A DNA stretch of 64,000 nt from Capsulimonadales bacterium (GTDB taxonomy: Bacteria; Armatimonadota; Armatimonadia; Armatimonadales; Armatimonadaceae). The position numbers and the translations under genes are program-made. The notes under the pieces are model-generated. The model was given only the letters and a program-made list of their open reading frames with translations, did not search any database and was not told the DNA's origin. The stretch spans positions 92,715-156,714 of the forward strand of contig JANRLW010000043.1 of NCBI GenBank assembly GCA_033762295.1, given 5' to 3'. Shown piece after piece: positions 10,580 to 21,420 of this stretch (its first letter is position 1; the number at the start of each line of letters is the position of its first letter).

Positions 10580-11734
10580 TCAATCAACGAGAACGGGCGG
10601 TGCGTCGAGCGTGAGCGGGCGTTCGGCGGGATTTCGGAAGTCCGGAAGGCGGATCGGAACGCCGCCGTTTTGGAGGGAGATCGTCGAGCAGAGTCCGGCA
10701 GCGGTCCACTCGAGCGCCTCGAAGATATCGGTGGCCGGCAACTGTTCCCCGCGGCAGGCGCGGACGAAATCCCGTGCCACAAAGAAGTCGCCGCCCCCAT
10801 GTCCCGCCTTCAATGCCGCGTCCGGAGGGTTCCTCCGGTCGTCCGGCAAGTGCTCGTCGAAATCGCTGAGGGGTCGCCACTCGCGGTGATCTCCGTCCCG
10901 ACTCTCACCGATCCAGATCCGGCCGCTGCCGTCGAACCGGGATGTCTCATACACACCGCCTGTCCCTTGAAGCGCATAGTAGGCCATCTGGTGCGGGCGA
11001 TTGCTCATCATGTCGACCCGTACCTTGACCAGTTTGCCCGAACGCAGGCGGCAGAGCAGGATCGTCGTGTCGTCGTGCGGGTGTTCGGGGTCGGTCCGGA
11101 TACCGGTTCCCAGGCAGACCACGCCCTCGATCCGTTCCTCCGGGTCGACCGCCTTGAACCATTGCATGACCGGGCCGAGGGAGTGGGTCGGGTAGGTGCT
11201 GCCCGGCGTGCCGACCTGCCAGTAGTACCGCCAGGTCGGCGAACCGTCGGGGTAGTGGTGCAGGTTGCGTACCTCGTGCAGATATTCGCCTTCCCCGAAG
11301 TAGATTGTCCCGAACAGCCCTTTCCGGCACATCTCCCGAATCAGGACGTTGCTCTGGAGGTAGCAGTAGTTCTCCGCCATGGCGTAGACGATACCCCGGT
11401 CCGCCGCTTTCAGCGCGGCATCGCGCAATCGCCAGCACTCCTCGAGAGTGACACAGGCGGTGACTTCGCTCATCACGTGTTTTCCGGCGTTCAGCGCGGC
11501 GATCGATTGCGCGGCGTGTAACTGCATCGGCGTCGAGACGACGACGGCGTCGACGGCCTCGAGCATTTCGAGGAATGAGGTGAAGCGGTGCGGAATCTCC
11601 AGCGCGTCTCCCTGCCGTTGCAGGGTTTCCGGGTCGATATTGCAGAGCGCGGTCAGTTCCGTCTCGGGCTGAAGGCGAAGCGCGGTGGCGAACGCCGCCC
11701 CACGCTGCCCGGCGATTCCAATTCTGAGAGGCAT
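10580..11734 (-). CDS. Gfo/Idh/MocA family oxidoreductase
   Basis: DAVVVSTPMQLHA, AGKHVMSEV, GEGEYLH, GHGGGD. Confidence 0.88.
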   Translation of the reverse strand: MPLRIGIAGQRGAAFATALRLQPETELTALCNIDPETLQRQGDALEIPHRFTSFLEMLEAVDAVVVSTPMQLHAAQSIAALNAGKHVMSEVTACVTLEECWRLRDAALKAADRGIVYAMAENYCYLQSNVLIREMCRKGLFGTIYFGEGEYLHEVRNLHHYPDGSPTWRYYWQVGTPGSTYPTHSLGPVMQWFKAVDPEERIEGVVCLGTGIRTDPEHPHDDTTILLCRLRSGKLVKVRVDMMSNRPHQMAYYALQGTGGVYETSRFDGSGRIWIGESRDGDHREWRPLSDFDEHLPDDRRNPPDAALKAGHGGGDFFVARDFVRACRGEQLPATDIFEALEWTAAGLCSTISLQNGGVPIRLPDFRNPAERPLTLDAPPVLVD

Positions 11735-11753
11735 TTCGGATTCTCCCCCGGTG

Positions 11754-13043
11754 TCAGGCGCGGAAATAGGCCAGAAGGTCGCCTTCCGCGTCCCAGAGTT
11801 CGTCGAACATCACCCGGAGCCGATCGAGCGAACAGACGGCGCGGGCGAGCGGGTCCAGCAGGACGGCATGGTAGGCGTATTCCCGGTTTCGTTCCTGCAC
11901 CGCCCGGACGGCGAGTTCCTGCGGGGCGATATTGGTCAGGTTCAGGTGCGCCAGTTGGGGCGGCAACGAGCCGACATGGCACGGATGGACTCCCTGTCCG
12001 TCGACGAGGCACGGCACCTCGACACAGCAACCGTTCGGCAGGTTGTCGATCAATCCGTGGTTCATAACGTTGCCCCAGAACCGGAACGGACGGTCGGCGA
12101 CGACGGCGCGGATGATCTGCGAGGCGTACTCGACGGAAACCGTCAGATCGCGCAAGGGGGCGTTCTCCGGGTCCGACAGGTAGGGACGGCGCGCGTAGTT
12201 CGGTTCGGCGGCGACCGTACGTCGGCTCAGTTGAAACTGCTCCAACAGTTCCGGGGTTCGACGGAAGTACGGATGGTACTCCGAGCAATGGACCGTCGAT
12301 TCGGAGACGAAATAGCCGAAATGGCGCATCATCTCAAAACGGACGTTGTCTTTGGCGACCGTATCGGGATCGTTCAGGGCGTTCCGAAGGCGCGGATAGA
12401 CATCCTCCCCCCGGTGATCGAGTTTCAGGAACCAGCACTGGTGGTTGATGCCCGCCGCCAGGTACGACAGCTCCCCGCGCGCAATGCCGATATAGTCCGC
12501 GATCTGGTTCGATGTATGCTGAATGGAATGGCAAAGGCCGACATTGGCGATCCTCGATCCCCGGGAATGCAACCAGGTCAGCATGCACATCGGATTGGTA
12601 TAATTCAGAAGGAGAGCGTCGGGGCAGAGTTCCTCCATGTCCCGACAGATGGCCCATTGGACGGGCGCGGTCCGCAGAAAGCGGAAGATACCGCCGACGC
12701 CGATGGTGTCCGCCACCGACTGCTCGATGCCGTACTTCTGCGGAATCTCGACTTCGATATTATGGGGATAACCGGCGTAGGCCGCACCGCCGACCGAAAT
12801 ACTGGTAACGACGAAATCCGCGCCGTCGAGCAGTTCGCGACGGTCCGTACCGCTGACGATCTTCGCCCCAAGGTGATTGGCTTCGACCACCCGCCGCATG
12901 AAACGGGTAATCGCCGCAAGCCTGCCTTCATGGATATCGCATAGAGCGATGGTCGCGTCCTTGAGTTCGGGGAGGGAAAGGATATCGCACGAGAGTTCCG
13001 CCCCGAACCCGCTTCCCGCGCCGATGATTACGATCTTTGTCAT
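11754..13043 (-). CDS. melA: Family 4 glycoside hydrolase, alpha-galactosidase-like
   Basis: KIVIIGAGS, ADTIGVGG, LNYTNP, VGLCHS, AGINH, VSESTVH. Confidence 0.88.
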   Translation of the reverse strand: MTKIVIIGAGSGFGAELSCDILSLPELKDATIALCDIHEGRLAAITRFMRRVVEANHLGAKIVSGTDRRELLDGADFVVTSISVGGAAYAGYPHNIEVEIPQKYGIEQSVADTIGVGGIFRFLRTAPVQWAICRDMEELCPDALLLNYTNPMCMLTWLHSRGSRIANVGLCHSIQHTSNQIADYIGIARGELSYLAAGINHQCWFLKLDHRGEDVYPRLRNALNDPDTVAKDNVRFEMMRHFGYFVSESTVHCSEYHPYFRRTPELLEQFQLSRRTVAAEPNYARRPYLSDPENAPLRDLTVSVEYASQIIRAVVADRPFRFWGNVMNHGLIDNLPNGCCVEVPCLVDGQGVHPCHVGSLPPQLAHLNLTNIAPQELAVRAVQERNREYAYHAVLLDPLARAVCSLDRLRVMFDELWDAEGDLLAYFRA

Positions 13044-13046
13044 GCG

Positions 13047-13895
13047 CTAAGTTTCAAGCGTCGACGCGAACTCTCCTGCGACCGGTCCATTGTCAGGTTG
13101 GCGGTATGGAGGCGTGATGGAATCGAGGAACCGCAGCGAGGCGGAAACGGCTTGCGATGTCACCTCGAAGGGTAGACCGTCCCTTGCCGCCGCGTCCCGT
13201 ACGCGAGGAAGAACCGCGGCCAGTTCGTCCATCGCCCGTCGGAGGGTCGCGATCTTCTCCTCCGGGGACGGGGTTCGTGGCCCATCGACGTCCGGAAGGG
13301 GTTCGTGTCCGAAGTAGTGCCGGACGGCATTACCCGCGTTGACCACATAGGGAAACAGTCCCATCCGCTCCTCGCCGGGGTTTCGGGCGACATATTTGAC
13401 ACAAACCAGCCACATCAGGAAAAAGAATCGGGTTTCCCGGAGGAGGCATTCCGTTTCTCCGTACTCCGGTTCCGGATTGCCGCCGGTCGTCAGCGGTTCC
13501 GCGCGTTTCGGGAGGTTGCCCCGGTCGAACAGGAGCCGGGCGTCCGTGCCGATCCATGCCGCCTTCCGTTGCCAGAGGGTAAAGTCGACGTTCTGCGCTC
13601 CGGTTTCGCCACCGGGGAAGGCGACATTGAAGGAGGTGCCGCCCGGCGGGCCGTTGGGGGTCTGTTCGAGCACGAACAACGGCGAGAACGGGGCGATGAA
13701 ACCGGCGAAATCCTCACGGATGGCGTCGAAAGGCGGGTCGTCCGTCACCACCCAGAGATCGAGATCGCTCCAATCGTCGCCGGTTCCGCGCCCGAGCGAA
13801 CCCCAGAGCCAGACGGCGGCCACCCGGCGATCGTCCCGGAGAAAACCGACCATCCGCGTCAGCAAGGCATCCCGCTCCCGACGGCGTAATTTCAT
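13047..13895 (-). CDS. Pol-beta superfamily nucleotidyltransferase domain protein
   Basis: LWGSLGRGTGDDWSDLDLWVV signature followed by a helical C-terminal region. Confidence 0.72.
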   Translation of the reverse strand: MKLRRRERDALLTRMVGFLRDDRRVAAVWLWGSLGRGTGDDWSDLDLWVVTDDPPFDAIREDFAGFIAPFSPLFVLEQTPNGPPGGTSFNVAFPGGETGAQNVDFTLWQRKAAWIGTDARLLFDRGNLPKRAEPLTTGGNPEPEYGETECLLRETRFFFLMWLVCVKYVARNPGEERMGLFPYVVNAGNAVRHYFGHEPLPDVDGPRTPSPEEKIATLRRAMDELAAVLPRVRDAAARDGLPFEVTSQAVSASLRFLDSITPPYRQPDNGPVAGEFASTLET

Positions 13896-13925
13896 ACTTC
13901 GATATCGTTCGTCGCGGGCGCGTCG

Positions 13926-15299
13926 TTAAACCGGTCCTCGGCGAAGCGATTCGATGGTTTTCTTTGCCCGTTCGATCACAATCTCCAGACCGCCCGGCGC
14001 GAACGGCGTCTGCCAGACCGGATACATATCCCGATCGTAAAACTCGGCGGGGGGGAGGTAACCCCACCAGCCATTGGTCACGTTCATCACGAGGATCGGT
14101 TGGCCCGGAAAGGCGGCCCGCAACTCCGTCTGCAGGCGGGAGTAGGCTTCGGTCGGCGTCGCGACGACGAAGGCATCGCCGACCTTCCAGACCCAGAGCG
14201 GGAGGGTGGCGGTCGGACGACCGCCGAGGGCCTGTCGGATACGCTGACGCCGCCGCAGTTTTTCGCGGTCCGCCGGTTCGCTGGAGGCGGCCCACCGTTT
14301 TTCCTCGTCGGTTTCGCCCTGCCATTCCGGTTTGAGCGGCAGATCGACTTCCACCAGGGCGGCCCGCAAATCGGACGGGTAGGCGGTCGGAGTCGAGGGC
14401 GGAATCGGTGTCCACTCGGCGAGCGGCGCGCCGGATTCGACCACACGGGTGAAGGCGAGGGCGGTTGCCGGACGCGCGGCGTTCGTGGCCAGTGCGGCGA
14501 AAGCGATCGGCACTCCCGCTTTGTAGGCCGCAAGGTCGAGATCGTCCGGGGTCGTCGGGAGCGGCGAGAGTTCCCCCGAGGCTCCCTGAAGGAACATACA
14601 GAGGCGGAACCACTCGTCCTCGATCCCGATGCGCAGGTCATGGACGAAATCGGCGGAGATCTCGCGATTGTCGTAGTTCATCACGGTCGGGTGACAGGCA
14701 TAGTTGACCAGCAGCGCATCACCGTGGCGGAGTCGGGCGATCAGGAGCGTATCGTCGGCGGGCGCGTGTTCGTTCAGACCGATCACATAACGTTCCCGTC
14801 CCTCCGGGTCCGGTTGATCGCGGTTCACCGCCACCAGGCATTTACCGTAGGCAAATTCCAGGTCGTCGTCCTGCGCCGAGTCGAGAGCGTCGCCAATCGT
14901 GCGAAGGAGCGTCTCGCGGAGGAAATCCAGGTACGGGGCGATCAGATGGCCGCCGGGTCGGTCGGCATCGGCCCGGCAGAGGACCGGACCGGCATGGGTA
15001 TGGGAAAAATTCAGGAGGAAGTTCGCCGGATCGAGGGAAAGGGCGTCGAGAACCGCCGAGCGAACGTACCATTCGTCGGCGGGGTCGCGCCACCAGCCGA
15101 GGTCGGCTGCCGCAAGGACGAGCGGGCCGGGTTCCAGCGTCAGGACGGTCAGCGTCAGGTGAGAGCGGATTCCCTCCGCCTGTTCGTGGTCCGACGCGCC
15201 CCAGTTCCGATGATAGATGCCGACCGGCGGGGTAATGTCGGCGCGGGCGATACCGATGCGACCGGAGAATCCGGGCGGAGAAAAAACGGGTCCTGGCAT
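13926..15299 (-). CDS. Neutral/alkaline ceramidase N-terminal-like amidohydrolase
   Basis: ARADITPP, SHTHAGP, NYACHPT, FLQGASGE, GYLP motifs. Confidence 0.75.
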   Translation of the reverse strand: MPGPVFSPPGFSGRIGIARADITPPVGIYHRNWGASDHEQAEGIRSHLTLTVLTLEPGPLVLAAADLGWWRDPADEWYVRSAVLDALSLDPANFLLNFSHTHAGPVLCRADADRPGGHLIAPYLDFLRETLLRTIGDALDSAQDDDLEFAYGKCLVAVNRDQPDPEGRERYVIGLNEHAPADDTLLIARLRHGDALLVNYACHPTVMNYDNREISADFVHDLRIGIEDEWFRLCMFLQGASGELSPLPTTPDDLDLAAYKAGVPIAFAALATNAARPATALAFTRVVESGAPLAEWTPIPPSTPTAYPSDLRAALVEVDLPLKPEWQGETDEEKRWAASSEPADREKLRRRQRIRQALGGRPTATLPLWVWKVGDAFVVATPTEAYSRLQTELRAAFPGQPILVMNVTNGWWGYLPPAEFYDRDMYPVWQTPFAPGGLEIVIERAKKTIESLRRGPV

Positions 15300-15349
15300 G
15301 ATGAGCGTTTGAAATCCATCGTCAGTACGGATGCCGGTACTATTCGACG

Positions 15350-17116
15350 TCAGACCACGCGATTCTTTCCGGAATTCTTGGCATCATAAAGACGTTTGTC
15401 GGCCGTATTCAGGAGAGCCTCCGGGCTCGCGCCGGGGGCGTCGGCGATTCCGATGCTGACGGTCACGCGAAGCTCCGGGTGGATGTCGTCCCACGGGTAT
15501 CGCTCCACCTCTTCGCGCAGCCGTTCGCACACGTTCCGCGCTTCGGAGAGGGGCATATCGGGGAAGATCAGCGCGAACTCCCCCGCTCCGTACCGGGCGA
15601 CAAGATCGGTTTCGCGGACGTTCATTTGAAAGATCCGGGCGACGGTTCGCAACACGGAGTCGCCGACCCGGTACGAAAAACGGTCATTGACCTCGCGGAA
15701 ATTGTCGAGATCGGCGATGGCGGCGACCGGCGTGGCCTGCGGATCGCGGGGCGTCATCGCCGACTCCAGCCATTCGAAGAGGTATCGCCGATTAAACGCG
15801 CCCGTCCCGACATCCTCGTTCAATCTCCGGGCGAGTTCTCGCAACGCCTGATCCTTTTCGGCATTGAGTTTCGCCAGTTCCATCGCTCGTTCGCGAAGGA
15901 GTTCGGCATCGCGCCGGCCGTAGCTTACCTCCAGTTTGGCGAGACGGAACGCGAGGAGAACGCGGGCGCGTTCCTGATCGCGGAGGCGTTCCAGATCCCG
16001 GAATTCGCGGTATGCTTCGAACGCCGCCCGGTAATCGCCCTCCGCCTCCGCGATTTGCGACCGCAGGGAATGGATACGCGCCAGAAAGTGAGGGCGTTCC
16101 TCCTCGGCCTCGGTACGCAGCGCCTCGGCCAGGATGGTCTTCGCCTCCTGAACCCGACCGTATTTCAAATGGTAGGTCGCGATACTGATCAGCGGATCGA
16201 CGACATCGGCAGGGGACGGCAGACTCCGTGCTTCGTTGAGCGATTTCCGTAGAAGCTTCTCCGCACTCAACGTATCGCCGACCGCATCGAACACCTCGCC
16301 GAGATTGACCAGCGGCAGAATCCGCGCCGCGGAATCTCCGGTGGCGGTCGCGGTGACCAGAGCGCGTTTGGCGATCGGCAGGGCGACTTCCGGCTGTCCG
16401 AGTCGAAGGTAGGTGGCCGCCAGATTGGTAAGGGCCATCGCGAAGGCCGTTGGGAGGTTGGCCGACGGCAATCCGGTTTCCAGATGTCGGATGCTGGCTT
16501 CGAACCGCTGACGCGCTTCGTCCCAGCGTTCCATCTGGTAATACGTATGTCCCAGGTTGACGAGAGTCATGCCGATCAGTTCGTCATCCTGGGCGGCGTA
16601 GGCGTTTTCCAGCGCCTCCTCCTGATAAATCAGGCTCTCGGCGAAATGTCCCTGGTTGCTCAGGTAGCCGGCCAGATTGCACAGACCTTTTCCGAGGCCG
16701 ACCGGGTCGCCGATTTCGCGCCAGATCGGGATCGCCTTCAGGCTGTGTTCGATCGCCGCTCCGTAACCGCCTTCCCGGAACGAGATCAACCCGAGATTTT
16801 GAAGGCACCGGGCCTCCGACCGCCGGTCGCCGACGGTACGCGCGATCTCCAGAGCATTGAGATAATCACCGGCGGCCTCCGTCGTCCGGCCGACGAACAG
16901 GGCGAGATTCGCCCGAACCCGGAGAGCGTTGCCAAGGGCGGAGTCGTACCCGAGGCGTTTCGCCCCTTCGATCGCCTCCTCGATCAGATGGGCGGCAGCG
17001 TCGCGATCCGTATGCTGACTGGCCGTTGCCTGATCGATCATCCGGTCGATTTCTTCGCGACGTCGCGCTTCCGGCGTCGGACTGTGGTTATTCCTGGCGA
17101 TACTGAAATTGAACAA
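15350..17116 (-). CDS. TPR-repeat protein with C-terminal degenerate GGDEF domain
   Basis: NLG-type TPR repeats; DLDNFREVND, RETD...RYGAGEF, TVSIGIA, AKNSGKNRV. Start uncertain (ORF is open to 17224). Confidence 0.85.
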   Translation of the reverse strand: MFNFSIARNNHSPTPEARRREEIDRMIDQATASQHTDRDAAAHLIEEAIEGAKRLGYDSALGNALRVRANLALFVGRTTEAAGDYLNALEIARTVGDRRSEARCLQNLGLISFREGGYGAAIEHSLKAIPIWREIGDPVGLGKGLCNLAGYLSNQGHFAESLIYQEEALENAYAAQDDELIGMTLVNLGHTYYQMERWDEARQRFEASIRHLETGLPSANLPTAFAMALTNLAATYLRLGQPEVALPIAKRALVTATATGDSAARILPLVNLGEVFDAVGDTLSAEKLLRKSLNEARSLPSPADVVDPLISIATYHLKYGRVQEAKTILAEALRTEAEEERPHFLARIHSLRSQIAEAEGDYRAAFEAYREFRDLERLRDQERARVLLAFRLAKLEVSYGRRDAELLRERAMELAKLNAEKDQALRELARRLNEDVGTGAFNRRYLFEWLESAMTPRDPQATPVAAIADLDNFREVNDRFSYRVGDSVLRTVARIFQMNVRETDLVARYGAGEFALIFPDMPLSEARNVCERLREEVERYPWDDIHPELRVTVSIGIADAPGASPEALLNTADKRLYDAKNSGKNRVV

Positions 17117-17259
17117 GGGTGTTTCTCTCCGGTGTTTTCTGCCACTCGAAGAGGAACGGCAAATACCATGCCTGAGCGTCGATCGACCTCGCGCATGGGA
17201 AAAAATCGGAGAGGTGACGATCAACCTGCCCCATCGGAGGAACGGAGAAACTCGCCGGG

Positions 17260-18087
17260 CTAACCTTCCGCCTCGTCCCGAAACTCATCGGCGGCGTCGG
17301 CGGACAGGAAGACCGCCTCCTCCGGGCACAGGATGGTCATGCCGCCATCGGCGCGAAGCGACTGGCCGGTGATGAAGGAGGCATCGTCGGAGGCCAGGAA
17401 CACCGCCACCCGACCGATCTCCTCCGGTCGTCCGACTCGCCGGAGCGGATAGGAGGTGGGGAAGAGCCGCCGGGTTCGCTCGGTATGGATCGCTCGCCAG
17501 CGTTCCTCTCCCATCGACATGATATGACCGGGCAGAATGGCATTGACACGGATTCCGCGCGGGCCCAGTTCGACGGCCAGCGACCGCGTCATACCGATCA
17601 TGGAGGATTTGCTCGTTTGATAGGCGATCCGACCGGTCAGGGCGACCTCTCCGAGAACGGAAGCGATGTTGACGATGGCCGAGCCGGGCCGCAGATAGGG
17701 CAGCGCTTTGCGGATCAACTGGACCGGGGCTTCGACGTTGACGGAGTGCACGTCCCGCCAGTGTTCCGGCGTCGTTTCCTCGATCCGTCGGGTCGTCTGG
17801 TTGGCCGCGTTATTGACGAGGAGATCCGGCCCCCCGAAGCGTTCACGACCGGCATCGACCAGTTTCTGTTGCAGCGTATCGTCGCGGATATCGCCGGGGA
17901 ACCCGAGGACTCGATCGCCGAACCCGGAGCGCAGTTCGTCGACGAGCGAGGCCAGTTCCTCGGCCCGCAGGTCGGTCAGGACGACCCGGGCGCCGTCGCG
18001 CAGGAATTCCCGGGAGATGGCCGCGCCGATTCCGTAGGCCGCGCCGGTAATGATCGCCGTTCGCCCATCGAGTTTCTTGTCCGCCAA
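17260..18087 (-). CDS. SDR family oxidoreductase
   Basis: TGAAYGIG, NNAA, YQTSK, RVNAILPG, ITGQSLRADGG. Confidence 0.92.
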   Translation of the reverse strand: MADKKLDGRTAIITGAAYGIGAAISREFLRDGARVVLTDLRAEELASLVDELRSGFGDRVLGFPGDIRDDTLQQKLVDAGRERFGGPDLLVNNAANQTTRRIEETTPEHWRDVHSVNVEAPVQLIRKALPYLRPGSAIVNIASVLGEVALTGRIAYQTSKSSMIGMTRSLAVELGPRGIRVNAILPGHIMSMGEERWRAIHTERTRRLFPTSYPLRRVGRPEEIGRVAVFLASDDASFITGQSLRADGGMTILCPEEAVFLSADAADEFRDEAEG

Positions 18088-18170
18088 GAACGCACCCTCC
18101 GTCGTTCACCCGCTCCTGCGGGTCAGCACTGTTTCCGGGACGTTCACCGGAGGCCGCTTGAAACCCTTCC

Positions 18171-18200
18171 CCGCCCGCCGGTGAGGGGACCGGCGGGCGG
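18171..18200 (-). terminator. 12-bp stem-loop downstream of the alkaline phosphatase gene
   Basis: ccgcccgccggt / accggcgggcgg inverted repeat. Confidence 0.45.
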
Positions 18201-18208
18201 AATACGGT

Positions 18209-20149
18209 TCAATATCCGCCGAGGGCGGCGCGCATCAGCTTGAAAAAGACGTCCGTGTTCTCCTGGACACCGACGAAGAGATTGCGAACGGCTTCATTCC
18301 GGCTGAACGCCGAGATCGGAATATCGTCGGCGGTATGGTCGGCAGACCCGCGCCCGATCTGGCCGCGAACGAAAAAGCCGGTTTCCTTTTCCTCCCGGTC
18401 GACCGGGGTCGCGGCATACCCGAGGGATGCCAGTTCCTTTTTCAGGTCGGCGGGCAAGGCGCTGTCGATCACCGGTCGCGGCTTGGACAGCCAGTTTTCA
18501 AACCGGTCGGCGTTCGATCCGAATCCGATCAGCAGTTTGCGCGGCGGGTCGAAGGTCGCCGGATACCCGTCAGCGAGAATTTCGTAGGCCGGGAAGGCAT
18601 CCTGATTGATGAGTGTCTGGCGGACGGGTCGGTCCTCCGGTTTGACCTGACCGGCGTCGGACGCCGCGTTACGGGTCTGTTCGGAGGTCGTATCCAGAGT
18701 GCCGATGACGCTGAAGCCGGAGCATTCGTGGTCGGCGACCACGATAACGACGGTGTCGGCATTCCGTTCGGCGAAATCGCGGCAAACCTGCACGGCACGG
18801 TCGAATTCGAGGGTATCGCCGATCACACGGTCGGCGTCCATCAGGTGCGACTGCTTGTCGATATGCGCCCCTTCGACGAGCAGGAAGAAGCCGTTACGGT
18901 TCTTGCTTAGCACCTTGATGGCGGCGTCCGCCATTTCGTCGAGCATCGGCTGGTCGGGGGCGCGGTAATCATCGACCACGCCGCGGACCGTGGGCCGACG
19001 GCGTTTCGCGATCTTATCGAGCGCGGTATTCATGTTGCCGTAGGCGAAGAGTCCGAGGAGTTTATCCGGAACCGCCCCCTGCATCGTCCGGTTCAGTTCG
19101 GTGGCGGTGGCGACATAGGCGAATCCGGCGGTTTTGAAGTCGTTCAGCAGGTCGCGATTGGGGTCGATCGTTCCGGGCGCGATCTTCCAGGCGTCGATCA
19201 GGTCTGACGGCAGCGGGCCGTAATCCCCTTTCTGCGTGCGGGAGGAGCCGAACACGGGCGAACCGTCCGCCCCGGTCTGCGGCAGAAACCAGCGTCGTCC
19301 GCCGCCCATCAGGACGGCGAGGCCGCTGCGCTCCCGTTCATCGAGGAACTGATCGCAGATCCCCGTACCGGCTCCGCGGTCCCCGGTATGCACCGCAGTG
19401 GCGGCGGGGGTAGCATCCTCGATATCGGCGGTGGTGACGACTCCCAGGGACGTTCCCCGCTTCCGGTGCAGGTAGGCGGCCAGATACTCCACGCGCGGAA
19501 AGGAGAAGGGATCGGAGAGTCGTGCCGGATAGACCCCTTCCTGCCCGTTGTTCGCGTGATTCCCGGTCGAATAGCAGGCCATTCCCGGCGCGGAGTCGGT
19601 AATGACGGCGTTCAGCGAGGAGGTTGTCACCATGCCGGTGGCCGGGAAGCGGTCCATCGCCAGGAACCCTCGGGGGCGTCCGCCGTTCAGTCCGTAGCGA
19701 ACGATCCGGGCGGCGGTCCGATGCGCCGTCCCCATGCCGTCCCCGAGGCAAAGAATGATATTTTTGATCGGGCGTTTCCCGCCGTTGCCGCGGATCGCTT
19801 CGATCCGGGCGGTGGTCGTTGTCGTTCCGGAGTCGTCGGTGGCCTTCACTTCCACGACGTGCATCCCCGGCTTGTCCAGAAAGAAGCCGCGCCGGTTGAA
19901 GCCGGACACGCCGTCGCGGGTATCGTTGGACGTGAAGGCGACCGGCTGGCCGTCGACACGAAGTTCGACGTTACGGACGGCTCCTGCGGCGGGCGAAGCC
20001 TCGATACGAAGGTCAAAACGCTGGTCGACCAGGAAACGCGCGCCGTCGGCCGGGAGCACCGTGACGGTCGGCGCGGCGGACGCCGCACCGGGACCGAACC
20101 AGAGAAGCGCCGTCAGCAGCAGGACGGGAGTTATCAGGCGGTAATTCAT
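18209..20149 (-). CDS. Secreted alkaline phosphatase with N-terminal Ig-like extension
   Basis: Signal peptide; GDGMG, ITDSA (catalytic Ser), EGAHIDKQSH, ADHE, HTADD. Confidence 0.9.
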   Translation of the reverse strand: MNYRLITPVLLLTALLWFGPGAASAAPTVTVLPADGARFLVDQRFDLRIEASPAAGAVRNVELRVDGQPVAFTSNDTRDGVSGFNRRGFFLDKPGMHVVEVKATDDSGTTTTTARIEAIRGNGGKRPIKNIILCLGDGMGTAHRTAARIVRYGLNGGRPRGFLAMDRFPATGMVTTSSLNAVITDSAPGMACYSTGNHANNGQEGVYPARLSDPFSFPRVEYLAAYLHRKRGTSLGVVTTADIEDATPAATAVHTGDRGAGTGICDQFLDERERSGLAVLMGGGRRWFLPQTGADGSPVFGSSRTQKGDYGPLPSDLIDAWKIAPGTIDPNRDLLNDFKTAGFAYVATATELNRTMQGAVPDKLLGLFAYGNMNTALDKIAKRRRPTVRGVVDDYRAPDQPMLDEMADAAIKVLSKNRNGFFLLVEGAHIDKQSHLMDADRVIGDTLEFDRAVQVCRDFAERNADTVVIVVADHECSGFSVIGTLDTTSEQTRNAASDAGQVKPEDRPVRQTLINQDAFPAYEILADGYPATFDPPRKLLIGFGSNADRFENWLSKPRPVIDSALPADLKKELASLGYAATPVDREEKETGFFVRGQIGRGSADHTADDIPISAFSRNEAVRNLFVGVQENTDVFFKLMRAALGGY

Positions 20150-20241
20150 TCGCCAATTTCCTTCAAGTGTGCATGATTTCGGAATGTCTTACTGAATGCC
20201 CTGAATCGAACCGGCGGGGCTGGTTCCCCGCCCGGTGGCGA

Positions 20242-21420
20242 CTACCAGTCGCCGATGCTGCCATCCGTGTAGAAGACCCGTTGTGGAATCTCCTGTCGGA
20301 AGGGGTATTTCTTCACCGCCTCCTCGTTGATCTCGATACCCAGACCGGGCTTCGTTCCGGGGCGAACGATCCGTCCTTCGTGTTCGACGGTGAACGTTTC
20401 GGAGCAGACCTCTTCGCGCCAGGGCACGTCGAGGTGAACGGATTCGCAGATGACGTAGGAGGGGGCGGAGAATCCGAACTCAAGCGAGGCGGCGGTGGAG
20501 ACGGGGCCTTGCGGGTTATGCGGCGCGAGGGCGACCCGGTAGGCTTCGCACAGGGCGGCGATGCGCCGGATTTCTGACAGGCCGCCGCAGTGGGTGATAT
20601 CCGCCTGAACGACGGAGCAGGCGCGTTTTTCGAGCAGGTCGCGGAAGTCCCAGAGTCCGACCATTCGTTCGCCGGTGGCGATCGGCGTCGTCACGGACCG
20701 CTGGATCAGGGCGATATCGTCGATGGTTTCGGGCCAGCAGGGTTCTTCGAACCAGTAGAGCCCATAGGGTTCCAGCGCTTTGGCGAACATCAGCCCCATG
20801 CGCGGCGACGGGCGGGCGTGGCAGTCCACCATGATATCGATGCTGTCGCCGACGGCTTCGCGCAGGGCGGCGACACACTTTTCGGCGTACCGGATCGGCA
20901 TCAGCCCTTCGAGCGGCATCGTCGGCGGGACGGCCATCGTTTTGAAGGCGGTGAACCCGTCTTCGACGGCTTTCCGGGCAAGTTCGGCGAAGCGAACGGC
21001 ATCGGCGGGAGCGGTTTCGTAGAAGTCCTCCATTTTGCCGCCTCCGAGGTGGGAGTACAGGCGGATATGGTCCCGAACGGGGCCGCCCCAGAGTTTATGG
21101 CAGGGGACGCCGAGGGACTTGCCGAGGATATCCCAGAGGGCGATATCGATTCCGGAGATGGCGGTTCCGCGGACGATCCCGTTGCCATGCCAGAAGTGCT
21201 GGCGGTACATCATCTGCCAGAGGTATTCGATCCGGGTCGGGTCCTCTCCGAGGAGCAGTTGGGAAAGGTCTTCGATCGCCCCCACCACGGCGCGGGTGTG
21301 CCATTCCAGCGTCGCCTCACCCCATCCCCAGAGTCCCGGTTGGTCGGTGACGACCTTGACGAAGATCCAGTTCCGCATCCGGGCGTTGCAGATGTGCGTC
21401 TCGATCGCCGTGATTTTCAT
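20242..21420 (-). CDS. dgoD: Galactonate dehydratase (mandelate racemase/enolase superfamily)
   Basis: [50 protein letters not shown]. Confidence 0.85.
   Translation of the reverse strand: MKITAIETHICNARMRNWIFVKVVTDQPGLWGWGEATLEWHTRAVVGAIEDLSQLLLGEDPTRIEYLWQMMYRQHFWHGNGIVRGTAISGIDIALWDILGKSLGVPCHKLWGGPVRDHIRLYSHLGGGKMEDFYETAPADAVRFAELARKAVEDGFTAFKTMAVPPTMPLEGLMPIRYAEKCVAALREAVGDSIDIMVDCHARPSPRMGLMFAKALEPYGLYWFEEPCWPETIDDIALIQRSVTTPIATGERMVGLWDFRDLLEKRACSVVQADITHCGGLSEIRRIAALCEAYRVALAPHNPQGPVSTAASLEFGFSAPSYVICESVHLDVPWREEVCSETFTVEHEGRIVRPGTKPGLGIEINEEAVKKYPFRQEIPQRVFYTDGSIGDW

Noticed and set aside
13047..13895. Aminoglycoside resistance gene or CBASS-type cyclase
   Set aside because: Only the generic Pol-beta NTase motif is visible. 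There is no mobile or defence context.
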